This document shows positions 49,690-59,243 of a stretch of 64,000 nucleotides of DNA, piece after piece. Position 1 is the stretch's first letter; every line of letters begins with the position of its first letter. Under the pieces are notes generated by a model. It did not search any database and had not been told where the DNA came from. It saw nothing but the letters and a program-made list of their open reading frames with translations. Position numbers and translations under genes: made by a program. The stretch comes from an uncultured Acidobacteriaceae bacterium (GTDB lineage Bacteria; Acidobacteriota; Terriglobia; Terriglobales; Acidobacteriaceae): NCBI GenBank assembly GCA_963719405.1, contig OY970381.1:3454163-3518162 (forward strand), given 5' to 3'.

Positions 49690-49944
49690 ATGTCCAACTA
49701 CAAGGGTACCGTGCTTTGGTTGAACGCATCGGGCGGATACGGCTTTCTTCGTCCCATCCACGGCGGAGATGTCTTCGTGCATTTCGACGAGGAGGAGCTT
49801 CGCCGCCTTCGGAACTTGAGAGAAGGCGATCCGGTCGAATTCGACATAAAGGACAGTGAGAGTGGACCGCAGGCCCAACATGTTGTGGCCGGCACACCGA
49901 GTCATCAAGAGCACAGCGGGGACACGGCTCAACGTCAAGAGTGA
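49690..49944 (+). CDS. Cold-shock-domain protein with a short acidic/polar C-terminal tail
   Basis: KGTVLWLNASGGYGFL...DVFVHF...GDPVEFDI...GPQAQHV is a CSD pattern. GGAGG sits 5 nt upstream of the ATG. Confidence 0.85.
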   Translation: MSNYKGTVLWLNASGGYGFLRPIHGGDVFVHFDEEELRRLRNLREGDPVEFDIKDSESGPQAQHVVAGTPSHQEHSGDTAQRQE

Positions 49945-49991
49945 CCTGACATGGCGTGGGAGATTTTGGGTGGATGTCGGAGCCGGACCTG

Positions 49992-50020
49992 CTTTTAGAT
50001 CCGAACAGAGGATCTAAAAG
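49992..50020 (+). terminator. Rho-independent terminator after csp
   Basis: CTTTTAGATCC (49992-50002) pairs with GGATCTAAAAG (50010-50020) across a 7-nt loop. GTCGGTTTT follows within a few nt. Confidence 0.6.
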
Positions 50021-50090
50021 AAGTCGGTTTTGAATCAACTCTGGCCGATTACAACGACACTAGCGCACCTCCGCAAGGGGAGACAAGACA

Positions 50091-50560
50091 ATGGCTCGAG
50101 TCGCAGTGTTGTCGGTCGTGCCCGTCGCGCAACGCTTTGTGAGGCACTCGGACACGCCTATGTAGCAGGGGTGTTGCAGGGGGCCACTCAGCGGAGCTCT
50201 TCGTTACCAGTAAGATGGCGTTTGATCCCATACTGCACGAGGGCTTCGCGCGCGTGCAGCCCCTCGAACCAGACCTCCACGAGCGCACGATTCCATATTG
50301 AGCGCGGATCATCTCGTGCTCATTTTGCTCTCTGGCTGGGCAGTATGCCGGCGATCCTCAAAGGCTTTCTTGAGCGAGTCTTCCAACCTGATTTGGTCCC
50401 GGCGTCGAAGGATGGTCGATCATTAAACTCCTCAAGGGAAAATCCGCTCGCATTGTCATCACCATGGGCATGCCGGCGGTTGTGTATCGTCTCTGGTTCC
50501 GGGCTCACGGGGTCGGGCCAAGTGGATCGCTAAGATGGAGCGGGTAGGCAGAGTCGCTCG
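50091..50560 (+). pseudogene. Flavodoxin-like-fold NAD(P)H dehydrogenase (quinone), multiply frameshifted
   Basis: Family blocks are spread over three frames: RRATLCEALGHAYVAGVLQG / MAFDPILHEGFARVQPLEPDL / FALWLGSMPAILKGFLERVFQP / LLKGKSARIVITMGMPAVVYRLWFRAH. Stops lie between the blocks. Confidence 0.7.
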
Positions 50561-50623
50561 TTGAGCTAGAGTTGGACGCCATCCCGACTAATTTGGGCAT
50601 CCCGCAGGAGCGGCATCTTCCAG

Positions 50624-51580
50624 TCAGGAGAGGTCATCCCGAACGGCCAAGATGCCGCAACGCGCTTCCCGGATGACGTGAGACAGCGTCGACCAAGGCG
50701 CGTGCTCTGCAAGGACCGACCGCGGGCGAAGACCGACGACAATTATTGTGGCGCCTTGGTCCCGAGCCACCCGCGAGATTGCCTCGGCGGGGGAGCCATG
50801 TAAAAGACGAGCTTCGGGGTTGTAGGAAAGGTTTGCGTCAGGTGGGATGAGTTCATAGAGCCGCTGTTGCAGGCGTTGCTCAATGGCCTCTACCTGGTAA
50901 CTAGGAGTGCGGGAATCCCGATATACGACATGTATGAGAGTCAGACGACCGTGCCCACGTTCAGCGGCGCGGGCTGCATAGAGCGCTGGCCGGGTTCCGG
51001 TAGTCAGCAGATCCGTGGCAAACACGACCGATCGCAAGGGATGTTGCACGACCTGGCAGTTAGGTCCGATCACGAGTACAGGAGTCTTGGTTTTGCGGAG
51101 CACCGTTTCTGCAACGGATCCGAGCACGAGTCGCTCCAGGCCGCTGGCACCGTGGGAGCCGACCACGATAAGATCTGACTTCTCTGTCTCTGCGGTTTGC
51201 AGAATGAGGTCGACGGGCTCGGCCAGGGCTACTGTGGTGCGGACCGTGACGAAGTCAGGAATGAACTCATTGGCAAGTATCTGATCAACACTTCTTTGCG
51301 CCGCGCGCACGTCGCGATCGAAGACATCAGGCGGGATGAACATCCCATCCACAGAGTTGACGGTCAGTGGGACCGCATGCACAACCCTGACCTTAGAACG
51401 ACAATAGCGAGCAAGGGCAAGGCCGGCGCTCAGAGCCCGCTGCCCGTGCACAGAGAAGTCCGTGGCGATCAGGATGCGTTTCCCTGCAAGCAGATCGGAC
51501 GCATCTTCTTCGCCGGCTTGGGGAGACACTGTTGGAGATTGGATCGGCGTCAGCAAACTCATAGACCACCTCGCTACCAA
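50624..51580 (-). CDS. Tandem universal stress protein (2 x UspA domain)
   Basis: KRILIATDFS...DLIVVGSHGASGLERLVLGSVAETVLRKTKTPVLVIG, repeated in the second half. Confidence 0.85.
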   Translation of the reverse strand: MVARWSMSLLTPIQSPTVSPQAGEEDASDLLAGKRILIATDFSVHGQRALSAGLALARYCRSKVRVVHAVPLTVNSVDGMFIPPDVFDRDVRAAQRSVDQILANEFIPDFVTVRTTVALAEPVDLILQTAETEKSDLIVVGSHGASGLERLVLGSVAETVLRKTKTPVLVIGPNCQVVQHPLRSVVFATDLLTTGTRPALYAARAAERGHGRLTLIHVVYRDSRTPSYQVEAIEQRLQQRLYELIPPDANLSYNPEARLLHGSPAEAISRVARDQGATIIVVGLRPRSVLAEHAPWSTLSHVIREARCGILAVRDDLS

Positions 51581-51629
51581 GGCCGCTTGGGGGATCCTCT
51601 GAAGGGTATAGCTGCGCCGATAGTCTTGC

Positions 51630-51645
51630 TGTGACAGGGGTCACA
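51630..51645. promoter_or_regulatory. Crp/Fnr-type palindrome TGTGA-CAGGGG-TCACA (perfect half-sites)
   Basis: Its centre is about 57 bp upstream of the USP start at 51580. Confidence 0.6.
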
Positions 51646-51775
51646 GGACCTGTCGGTACGGTGTCGAGACAAGTCCCTGATGCTTCCATTGCATCGGAAC
51701 GCATGTGGCAGGTGCTTATGCAATGCTGTTAAATCGTCTATTCACTCATCCCAGCGACTTGAGAGCGCGAACACG

Positions 51776-52516
51776 TTAGGCCGATAGCTTTTCCAGCAGC
51801 GCCGGTTGGAGCACCGTGAGTGCGATTCCATGAGTGGAGATGACCTTATCCTTACGGAATCGGCTCAAAGTGCGTGTTATCGTCTCCCGGCTAGTCCCCG
51901 TCATGGAGGCGAGTTCTTCGTGTGTGAGAGCCATCGAAATCGTGGAAGGCCGTCCGGGGAGACTCGATTCCCCTAGCCACCCCAGCAGCAATCGGGCTAG
52001 GCGACCTGCGGGCGCCGCGGTAAGTCCGAAAAGCTTGGCTTCCGCGAAAGCGCAGCGGTAATCGTCCGCCAGCGACTTAGCGGCCGCCATCGTTGTTTCC
52101 GAGTGTTGGGCCAACATGCTCATCAAAGCGGGCCTTCGCAGAACACGGATGCGACTACGATCGAGTACCTCGGCAGTGACTTCGTAGGGTGTTTCCGCGA
52201 TGGCTGCGCCGATCCCGAGAGCATCTCCGGGCTTGGCGATCCGCAGAATCATCGTCCTTCCTTCGCGAGAGGTGGTCGATAACTTCACTCTGCCGGAACA
52301 GACGACGAACACCGTGCTGCAACGATCTCCCTCATGGAAAAGGATGCTGCCAGACGGGTAGTCCATATCTATGGCGTTGGCGTCCAGAAAGGAGCGGGCC
52401 TCCTCGCTGAGAGCGCAGAAAGAGTGCTTTCCGAACTCGGGGCAGTTCTGGCAATTGGACATGACCGAATCTCCTTGGGCGTAGATACCCGACCTGTAGA
52501 GCAATCCGTGCGCCAA
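51776..52516 (-). CDS. Crp/Fnr-family transcriptional regulator
   Basis: cNMP-binding-like beta-roll (LFHEGDRCSTVFVVCSGRVKL...REGRTMIL) and C-terminal HTH LTHEELASMTGTSRETITRTLSRF. N-terminal Cys cluster NCQNCPEFGKHSFC. The start is possibly ATG 52462 (MSNCQ...). Confidence 0.85.
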   Translation of the reverse strand: MAHGLLYRSGIYAQGDSVMSNCQNCPEFGKHSFCALSEEARSFLDANAIDMDYPSGSILFHEGDRCSTVFVVCSGRVKLSTTSREGRTMILRIAKPGDALGIGAAIAETPYEVTAEVLDRSRIRVLRRPALMSMLAQHSETTMAAAKSLADDYRCAFAEAKLFGLTAAPAGRLARLLLGWLGESSLPGRPSTISMALTHEELASMTGTSRETITRTLSRFRKDKVISTHGIALTVLQPALLEKLSA

Positions 52517-52675
52517 CTCGCAAATCCTCCATTTTCTATGCCTCTTGAGTGTTTAGCAGATTGGGAATGCGGCTACCTGGGTGTAAAGACACAACGATGC
52601 GTGAAATGACCCACCGGAACCTGAGTGCGAGGTATGATTCTGCGCAGGCCCAACCCTTTTTCAAGGTAGGCGATT

Positions 52676-54031
52676 GTGGTCGAACCTCTTCCTATCCTCA
52701 TTGTCGACGACAGCCTCGGCAGCCTTGAGTTGCTGTCTACTGCTCTCAAGCGGACCGACGTCCGGGTTTACACGGCCGCCAGCCCATCGGAGGGGTTGGA
52801 ACTGATTCGAAAAATCCGTCCGCGTCTCGTCATTACGGATCTCGTGATGCCAGGGATGAGCGGGCTTGATCTGCTACAGCAGATCATGGCCTTTGATCCG
52901 TCCATCGATGTCGTTCTGATGACCGCCTATTACACGAGCGAAACGGCTGTGGAGGCCATTCAACTCGGAGCTTCTGACTATCTCGAGAAACCTCTGAAGA
53001 TGTCTGTTCTCCGCCATCGTGTCTCAGAGTTGGTTGCATCTGCCGAAGGCAGACTCAGGGCCTTTTCGGAATCGTCCTCAGACTCGCCTCCCTTCCAGTT
53101 TGAAGGCCTGATTACCCGCAGCCCTGCCATGGGCCGCCTGCTGGCGATGGTTCAGCGGGTCGCGCCTCACTTCCGATCCGTTCTCATACAGGGGCCGACC
53201 GGTGCAGGGAAGGACCTGGTGGCCAGGGCTCTTCACCAGGCCAGCGGAGTTCAAGGCAAGTTTGTTGTCCTGAATTGCTCCGCAATCGTCGAGACTTTAT
53301 TCGAAAGCGAGCTCTTTGGCCATGTGAGGGGGGCATTCACTGATGCCGATCGGGACAAATCTGGCTTCTTTGAACTTGCGGATCGAGGCACATTGTTCCT
53401 TGATGAGATAGGGGACATGCCTCTCTCAACGCAGGCGAAGCTACTTCGCGCGGTTGAAAATCAGGAAGTTCTTCCGGTTGGGGCTCTCAGTGCTCGGAAG
53501 GTAAACGTGCGGATCATCGCGGCTACGCATCGCGATCTGCGCAGCGCCTGCGCAGACCGAACGTTTAGAGATGATCTCTTCTACCGGCTTTCCATGGTGG
53601 AGTTGACCGTGCCCGCGCTAAAAGAACGGAAAGAGGATATCGCAGTGTTGGCTCGTCACTTCGTTCAGAGGTTCGCCTCGGAGTACAGCAAGCTTATAGA
53701 TGGAGTCACGCCAAGAGCTCTGATTGTGCTCCATGCATACCATTGGCCGGGTAACGTCCGAGAGTTGGAACACGTCGTTGGTCGAGCCTGCATGATGACG
53801 GAGAACCGGATGATCGATGTCGCGGATCTTCCGGCACATCTTCTATCCGAAACTTCGATTGAGGATGGTGGATTGTCACAGAAAGGCTCGCTTCTATCAC
53901 AGCAGGAACGAGAGATGGTTGAGCGTGCTTTGCGAGACTCGCACGGGAATCAGTCTGAGACCGCGCGGCGGTTGGGGATTGGGAGGGACGCTCTACGATA
54001 TAAGCTCAAGAAATATGAACTGATCGCCTGA
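52676..54031 (+). CDS. Sigma-54-dependent response regulator (NtrC family)
   Basis: Receiver domain, AAA+ domain (GPTGAGKDLVARALH, ESELFGHVRGAFTDA, RIIAAT), and a C-terminal Fis-type HTH (NQSETARRLGIGRDALRYKLKKY). Confidence 0.9.
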   Translation: MVEPLPILIVDDSLGSLELLSTALKRTDVRVYTAASPSEGLELIRKIRPRLVITDLVMPGMSGLDLLQQIMAFDPSIDVVLMTAYYTSETAVEAIQLGASDYLEKPLKMSVLRHRVSELVASAEGRLRAFSESSSDSPPFQFEGLITRSPAMGRLLAMVQRVAPHFRSVLIQGPTGAGKDLVARALHQASGVQGKFVVLNCSAIVETLFESELFGHVRGAFTDADRDKSGFFELADRGTLFLDEIGDMPLSTQAKLLRAVENQEVLPVGALSARKVNVRIIAATHRDLRSACADRTFRDDLFYRLSMVELTVPALKERKEDIAVLARHFVQRFASEYSKLIDGVTPRALIVLHAYHWPGNVRELEHVVGRACMMTENRMIDVADLPAHLLSETSIEDGGLSQKGSLLSQQEREMVERALRDSHGNQSETARRLGIGRDALRYKLKKYELIA

Positions 54032-54081
54032 CCGAAGAGCTCCGCATCGATGTGGCGTCATCCGGACCCGCTGGGTGACGC

Positions 54082-55794
54082 CTACTCCGGAGTTCTGTTT
54101 ACGCCTTGCGACTCGAATGTCGTTTCACTTTGTTGGAGGGTGAAGTGGAATTGACTCCCATTCCCTGGCTCACTTTCGACCCATACTGACCCGCCGTGCT
54201 TTTGTACCAACTGCTTACAGATTGCCAGCCCTAGCCCGGTTCCTTCTCGCACGCCCACTGAAGTGAATCCCACCTGGTAGAACTTGTCGAAGATCCTGGA
54301 TTGCTCCTCAGGCTGGATCCCGATCCCTGTGTCGGCGACCGTGAGCTGAATCCAGCCAATCTTAGGACTCTGTTGCACCCGGACGGCGACTTCGCCGCCA
54401 GGCTCCGTGAACTTCACTGCATTGCTTAGCAGGTTGTAGAAGATCTGACGGAGCCGCACGGGGTCAGCCCAGACATGAACTCCCGAAGGGTCCATACCTC
54501 GTATCGCGACCGACCGAGCGTCAGCATAGGGGCGAATCGAGGTTAGCGCCTCGCAGATTGCTTGATCAAGCAGAACCGATCCAGCGCGTAGCTTTAGTCC
54601 ACCGACGTCAAGATGACTGAAGTCGAGGAGATCGTTGATCATGCTGAGCAAATGCTGGGAGTCTCGACGGATGTGTTCCACGAAGCGCCTTTGTTGCGGG
54701 CTAAGCGGAGCGTCAGTCTCTTCGTGGAGCAGATCGGAAAAACCAATAATTGTGTGCAGCGGAGTTCGCAGTTCGTGACTAACGCTAGCGAGGAATTCGC
54801 TCTTTAGCCGGTTCAGGCGCTCGGCCTCATGGTGCCGCGCCTCCAGTTCACGGAGATAACCTTCCTGTAGTTCGCGAACCTCTTGCTCAGAGCGCCGCCG
54901 CTCGCTCACGTCCCGAATCACTGCTGTCACAAGCCCGCGACTAGCTGTCTTCACGGGGCTGAGGCTGATCTCGACGCAGACCTCAGAACCATTCTTTCTA
55001 CGCGCATAGAGATAGCTCTCTCCGTGGCCCATCGGTCGCGACATCGCAGACCCAGGGAGGGACTTGCGCTCTTCAGGAACTCTTTTTCGGCGCGCTTCAG
55101 GAACCAGTAGATCGATATTGCAAGTTAGCATCTCCTCGCGGCTGTATCCGAGCATCTCTTCGGCTGTGCGGTTCGCAAGGACCACGCTTCCATCGGCGGT
55201 CACCTGGAGAATTGCGTCCGGAGCATACTCAATCAGCTCTCGAAATTTCCGTTCGGCCAGCATCTCTGCGCGCGTTTGTGCCTCTTGAAGAAGCATCTCC
55301 TGAAGGTGCGCTTCGCTCGCGGCTAAAGCCTCCACAGCTGTGTTCCGTTCGGTAACATCACGGGCGATCTTCGCGATACCGACAATTCTTCCCTCGGCAT
55401 CAATGATCGGCGACATGCTGAGTGACACAAAGATCTTTCTCCCATCCTTATGCCTTCTGGCGGTCTCAAAGTGGTCAACGCGCTCTCCGCGCCTAAGCCT
55501 CTGAAGAAGGAGCTCAATCTTCCCCTCTTCGCCAGGCCACGCCAAACGGCGTACAGGGGTTCCTAGTACCTCGGCCGCCGTATAACCGAGAACACGAGTG
55601 GCGCCGGCGTTCCAACTGGTAATGATTCCGTCAAGGGACTCCCCGATGATCGCGTCGTCTGAGGATTCAACGATCGCTGCGAGCCACCGCTCCGCGTCCA
55701 TCTTCGCAGGGCTGCCCGCGGATGCCAACGTTGAACTTCCATCTCGGCAAGCCTCATCTTCCATGAGCACCTTCCCTTCTTCCCGGAAATACAA
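54082..55794 (-). CDS. Multi-PAS sensor histidine kinase
   Basis: Two PAS modules (IIGESLDGIITSWNAGA...; ILQVTADGSVVLANRTAEE...), H-box ASVSHELRTPLHTI, and G boxes DTGIGI and GTGLGLAICK. Confidence 0.9.
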   Translation of the reverse strand: MYFREEGKVLMEDEACRDGSSTLASAGSPAKMDAERWLAAIVESSDDAIIGESLDGIITSWNAGATRVLGYTAAEVLGTPVRRLAWPGEEGKIELLLQRLRRGERVDHFETARRHKDGRKIFVSLSMSPIIDAEGRIVGIAKIARDVTERNTAVEALAASEAHLQEMLLQEAQTRAEMLAERKFRELIEYAPDAILQVTADGSVVLANRTAEEMLGYSREEMLTCNIDLLVPEARRKRVPEERKSLPGSAMSRPMGHGESYLYARRKNGSEVCVEISLSPVKTASRGLVTAVIRDVSERRRSEQEVRELQEGYLRELEARHHEAERLNRLKSEFLASVSHELRTPLHTIIGFSDLLHEETDAPLSPQQRRFVEHIRRDSQHLLSMINDLLDFSHLDVGGLKLRAGSVLLDQAICEALTSIRPYADARSVAIRGMDPSGVHVWADPVRLRQIFYNLLSNAVKFTEPGGEVAVRVQQSPKIGWIQLTVADTGIGIQPEEQSRIFDKFYQVGFTSVGVREGTGLGLAICKQLVQKHGGSVWVESEPGNGSQFHFTLQQSETTFESQGVNRTPE

Positions 55795-56050
55795 GACTCG
55801 ATCCTGTTCACTCTCCGCGTGTGAGGTACGAACGAGCTAGCGATGCGGGAACCGGCCTGATGATCTTTCCTGAAGCCATTCCCTCCGTGCAACATGGAAT
55901 CGCGACCAAAGGTTACGCGCTTTTGGTGTGCAACGACCTTGTAGCCCTGAGCAGAACGCGGGATCGTGTTCCCTTTGTACACCGCATGAGGCTTCCGATC
56001 GAGCTTTAGAATCTGGTACACGTCCGATCTGCTCCAAGGAAAGAACACGC

Positions 56051-56980
56051 TCACACCCGGGAGGTCACTAGCAGGTGCGGGGCAACGGAGGCGTGGTTCA
56101 CCGTGAGCACAGGGCAGGGCGCCTGGGCGATGACTTGGGATGTGATGTTGTCAGAAAGGTGGGCGGCGATGGTTGTAGCTTGTTGTACTCCAAGGACGAT
56201 CACTGACGCCTTCTGACTTCGGGCATACGATACGATTCCTTGCGATACCTCATCCGCGTAGGTCACCATGAATACAGGAGCCTTCCCATAGGAGATCTGG
56301 CTCGTCACAACGCGTTTCAATGCTTCCAATATGATCTGCAGAATGATCTGACACTTGGGACCGCCTTCAACCGATGGCGGAAGGACGTGCAAGCAATGGA
56401 GAGGTCCATCTGTGAACACGGAGATCGCGCTAGCATACCTCACTGCCGAGTTGGTTGATGTTCCAAAGTCCGTCGCGAAGACAACGGGTCCTGTCCACAT
56501 CTGTTCCCCGATATCGTCAGCCGATCGTGGACCCACGATCAGAACCGGGCAACGCGCCTTTCGCAATAACGTCTCAGCAGTGGAGCCAGCGATCAGACGG
56601 CCTACGCCGTGCGGAGCACCCGTCCCCATAATGACCAGATCAACCTGTTGCGCCTCAATCGTGTCGAGAATGGCTGATGATGTTAGCCCGATGTCTATCG
56701 TTGACTCGCAGACGATTGCCTTGGACCGGGCAATCTGCACGAGATCGTCCAGCCTATCCAGCGTGGCATGGAGGACGGGATCGGAAGGGAAATGCGGTTC
56801 CCCAACTTGGGACGGCAAGGCTTCCGCATACCCGATCACATGCAAAATGAGAAGTTCTGCACGTAATCGTTCACAGATCCCCACCGCGCACCGGAAAGCG
56901 GCTTCTGAGTGCGGAGAGAGGTCTGTGGCGAAGAGTAGTTTGCGGAGTACGGGGACGGCCTGAGGCTCGACTGTCTGCAT
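56051..56980 (-). CDS. Tandem universal stress protein
   Basis: RKLLFATDLS...DLVIMGTGAPHGVGRLIAGSTAETLLRKARCPVLIVGP, plus a second Usp domain. Confidence 0.85.
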   Translation of the reverse strand: MQTVEPQAVPVLRKLLFATDLSPHSEAAFRCAVGICERLRAELLILHVIGYAEALPSQVGEPHFPSDPVLHATLDRLDDLVQIARSKAIVCESTIDIGLTSSAILDTIEAQQVDLVIMGTGAPHGVGRLIAGSTAETLLRKARCPVLIVGPRSADDIGEQMWTGPVVFATDFGTSTNSAVRYASAISVFTDGPLHCLHVLPPSVEGGPKCQIILQIILEALKRVVTSQISYGKAPVFMVTYADEVSQGIVSYARSQKASVIVLGVQQATTIAAHLSDNITSQVIAQAPCPVLTVNHASVAPHLLVTSRV

Positions 56981-57096
56981 GATCGCTGCTCGCTTTCTGG
57001 TCGGCGCCGCCTCAGACCCGCAGGCCTGAGGTACAGCAGTCCACTAGGCAATCTGTGCCCTACAGCTCAACCATATGTGAGCGTCGCGCACTGTCC

Positions 57097-57112
57097 TGTG
57101 ACGCAGATCACG
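57097..57112. promoter_or_regulatory. Crp/Fnr-type palindrome TGTGA-CGCAGA-TCACG
   Basis: One mismatch. It lies about 124 bp upstream of the USP start at 56980, in the intergenic region between two USP genes. Confidence 0.5.
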
Positions 57113-57186
57113 CTTGGTGCAACGAGAGTTCCGGAACACCCCCACGCCCTCCCAACGTTGCACAGATGGTCTCCAACAGGGAAGCA

Positions 57187-58092
57187 TTATGGGTGATCCT
57201 TGCCGCCAGACAAGATCGTTAGAACCGGGCACTCGGTCTCTGACAACACATGACCTACAACTCCGGCCAAAAGATGTGTTGAGAACCAGGTACCGCGCCT
57301 TGCACCCAGCACGATCAGGTCTGCCCCTGTCTTGCGTGCCATGGACAGCAGATGGGGAGCGACTTCGCCCTGCTCTACCCAGCACTCCGTACTGCATCGC
57401 TCGTATGCCGCTGGCGGAATCAGCTTCTCAAGTGCCGACTCAACCTGCAGCAGAAGCGTGAGGGTCTCGGAGATGCTGCTTCCATCAGGCCTCATTGTGT
57501 GGCAAAGGTAGATCTTTCCTTTTCCCTCCTGTGCAAATGAGAAAGCAACGCGCGCCTGGCGAGCAACATCGCCCTGAAGATCTGTCGCAAACAGAATGTT
57601 GTCGAAGACGAGTGGCCCACAGAGCTTCTTCACGTTTGGCCCGATAGTCAGGACCGGGCACTCCGACTGGCGGATCACGCCCTCCGCGACCGAGCCCTCG
57701 ATCGCCCTCTCAAAACCTCGTCGGGCGTGCGTTCCCAGAACAATGAGGTCCGTTCCTTCCTTCTTCGCAAGTTCCACTATCGCCTTTGCACGATCGTGAG
57801 ACTCGGGCACGTGAGTCTTCACCTTGAGTCCTTCCAGAGTCCATTCACTGGAAAGACGGTCCACATTGTCCCCGCTTCGGTGACGCAACTCATCCGCTGG
57901 TACACCGATAACCGCGCCATCTGCACGGGCCGAGAGGGAGAGGTCAACGACGCTGACGATCGTTACCACAGAAGAGAAGCGCTTTGCGGCCGCATGTGCG
58001 TAAGTCGCTGCAACGTCGGACGGGCGCGAGAAGTCTGTCGCGAAAGAGATGTTGTCGAGAGTGAGTCCGACCTGGTCAGCAATGATGGGCAT
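57187..58092 (-). CDS. Tandem universal stress protein
   Basis: ISFATDFS...DLIVLGTHARRGFERAIEGSVAEGVIRQSECPVLTIGP, plus a second domain ending in ECPVLTI. Confidence 0.85.
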   Translation of the reverse strand: MPIIADQVGLTLDNISFATDFSRPSDVAATYAHAAAKRFSSVVTIVSVVDLSLSARADGAVIGVPADELRHRSGDNVDRLSSEWTLEGLKVKTHVPESHDRAKAIVELAKKEGTDLIVLGTHARRGFERAIEGSVAEGVIRQSECPVLTIGPNVKKLCGPLVFDNILFATDLQGDVARQARVAFSFAQEGKGKIYLCHTMRPDGSSISETLTLLLQVESALEKLIPPAAYERCSTECWVEQGEVAPHLLSMARKTGADLIVLGARRGTWFSTHLLAGVVGHVLSETECPVLTILSGGKDHP

Positions 58093-58168
58093 GAGAGCTC
58101 TCCTGTATCAGCTACTCAACAAGTAACGCCGAGTTGCAGATCCTGCGGTCCCCGCGATCACTCTCCGC

Positions 58169-58184
58169 TGTGATCGGGATCACA
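58169..58184. promoter_or_regulatory. Crp/Fnr-type palindrome TGTGA-TCGGGA-TCACA (perfect half-sites)
   Basis: It is centred about 84 bp from both divergent starts (USP at 58092 and the membrane protein at 58261). Confidence 0.6.
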
Positions 58185-58260
58185 CATCCCCTGGGCCCGC
58201 GTCACGGTCGGGCCCCTTCACTAGCGGCACACTTATGAGTGTGACTGCAGGAGTGAGACG

Positions 58261-58866
58261 ATGAAACGGTACAACGCATTCTGGACGACGACAATGATCC
58301 GGGGAGCCCTCGCGATCTTTACGGGAAGCGCCATCATCGTCATGCCCGACATGGCACGAACAATCCTTCTGCTTCCATTTGCGCTGGCCTTCTCTATCCT
58401 TTGCCTTGTTGCCTACGGTGTTATCGATAGCGGCCTCGTGCTTGTCACGAGTTTCATGACCCCGCTGCGACCCGCTCGTTGGATTTTGCGAGCCCAGGGC
58501 GTGGCCGGGATCTCCCTCGGTGCGCTTCTGTTCTTCCTCTTGTATGAAAAGGTGCGTTTGCACCTGTTTTTTTATCTTATTGCTTTGCAGGCTCTGCTTA
58601 CCGCGTGGGCGGAGTTCGTTGTTGCGCGTCATACTTCGCAACGGCACGGCTCTCGCCTGAGTTATGCTGCGGCCGCCGCAGCAACGATTTGCGCCGCAGG
58701 ATATGCGGTCAGTGCCTGGTCCGCAGAACTGAGCCTGTCGCCGCATCAGATCGCATGGCTCATCTATGCGTATCTTGGCGCATTCGGCGTTGCGCAAACC
58801 GTGAACGCCGCGCGCATGCTTTATCTCGCCCGTCACCGCTCCACGAATATGGCTGAAGCTCACTAG
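58261..58866 (+). CDS. Polytopic membrane protein, HdeD/DUF308-like
   Basis: 201 aa, 6 predicted TM helices in a repeated pattern (IRGALAIFTGSAIIV...). The family assignment is by pattern only. Confidence 0.6.
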   Translation: MKRYNAFWTTTMIRGALAIFTGSAIIVMPDMARTILLLPFALAFSILCLVAYGVIDSGLVLVTSFMTPLRPARWILRAQGVAGISLGALLFFLLYEKVRLHLFFYLIALQALLTAWAEFVVARHTSQRHGSRLSYAAAAAATICAAGYAVSAWSAELSLSPHQIAWLIYAYLGAFGVAQTVNAARMLYLARHRSTNMAEAH

Positions 58867-58880
58867 CCTAAGGGGGACAC

Positions 58881-59081
58881 ATGTCAACCACGACAGTCGC
58901 TCCCTTCCAACAGGTCCCAGCCCGGCCTTGGCGTTCCGCGCCGCCCGTATGGCCGTCTGGGCGTCAACTTGTAAGAATTGCTGGCCGCTTTTCGGCGGCG
59001 GTGCGGCAGATCGGCTGGAGACTTCTGCAACTCTCTGTTTTCCTGGCGGTCGTGCTCTGGCCATGGGAGATAGCAGAATAA
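58881..59081 (+). CDS. Possible small membrane protein
   Basis: AAGGGGGA sits 5 nt upstream of ATG 58881. It is 66 aa with a C-terminal hydrophobic segment LLQLSVFLAVVLWPW. I recognise no homology. Confidence 0.3.
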   Translation: MSTTTVAPFQQVPARPWRSAPPVWPSGRQLVRIAGRFSAAVRQIGWRLLQLSVFLAVVLWPWEIAE

Positions 59082-59243
59082 CTATAGTGTGTGTGGCAGT
59101 TCAGAGGTTTTGGGCAGAGGGAAGACAGTTACGGATTTCCGACCTCCTCAAACGGCGCGTCCACCCGCCGGGTTCGTGATCGGCGAGTCTTTGCTGCCAT
59201 ACAGGCGAGTATCCCGGTTCTATCTTGATCGAACGCCACCCGT

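Noticed and set aside
49376-50038. 220-aa minus-strand ORF
   Set aside because: It is antisense to the cold-shock gene and its terminator, with no SD or recognisable domain.
13904-50600. attR (a direct repeat of the tRNA-Asp 3' end) that would close the island
   Set aside because: I scanned by eye for GTTCGAGCCCCGTCGTCCCCGCCA or its 3' half and found none. This is a weak negative that needs a computational search.
52600-52615. Possible seventh Crp/Fnr box CGTGA-AATGAC-CCACC between the crp-like and ntrC-like genes
   Set aside because: It has three mismatches, two of them in one half-site. That is too weak to call without a PWM score.
58180-59064. 294-aa minus-strand ORF
   Set aside because: It is antisense to the hydrophobic DUF308-like gene, with a highly basic low-complexity translation.
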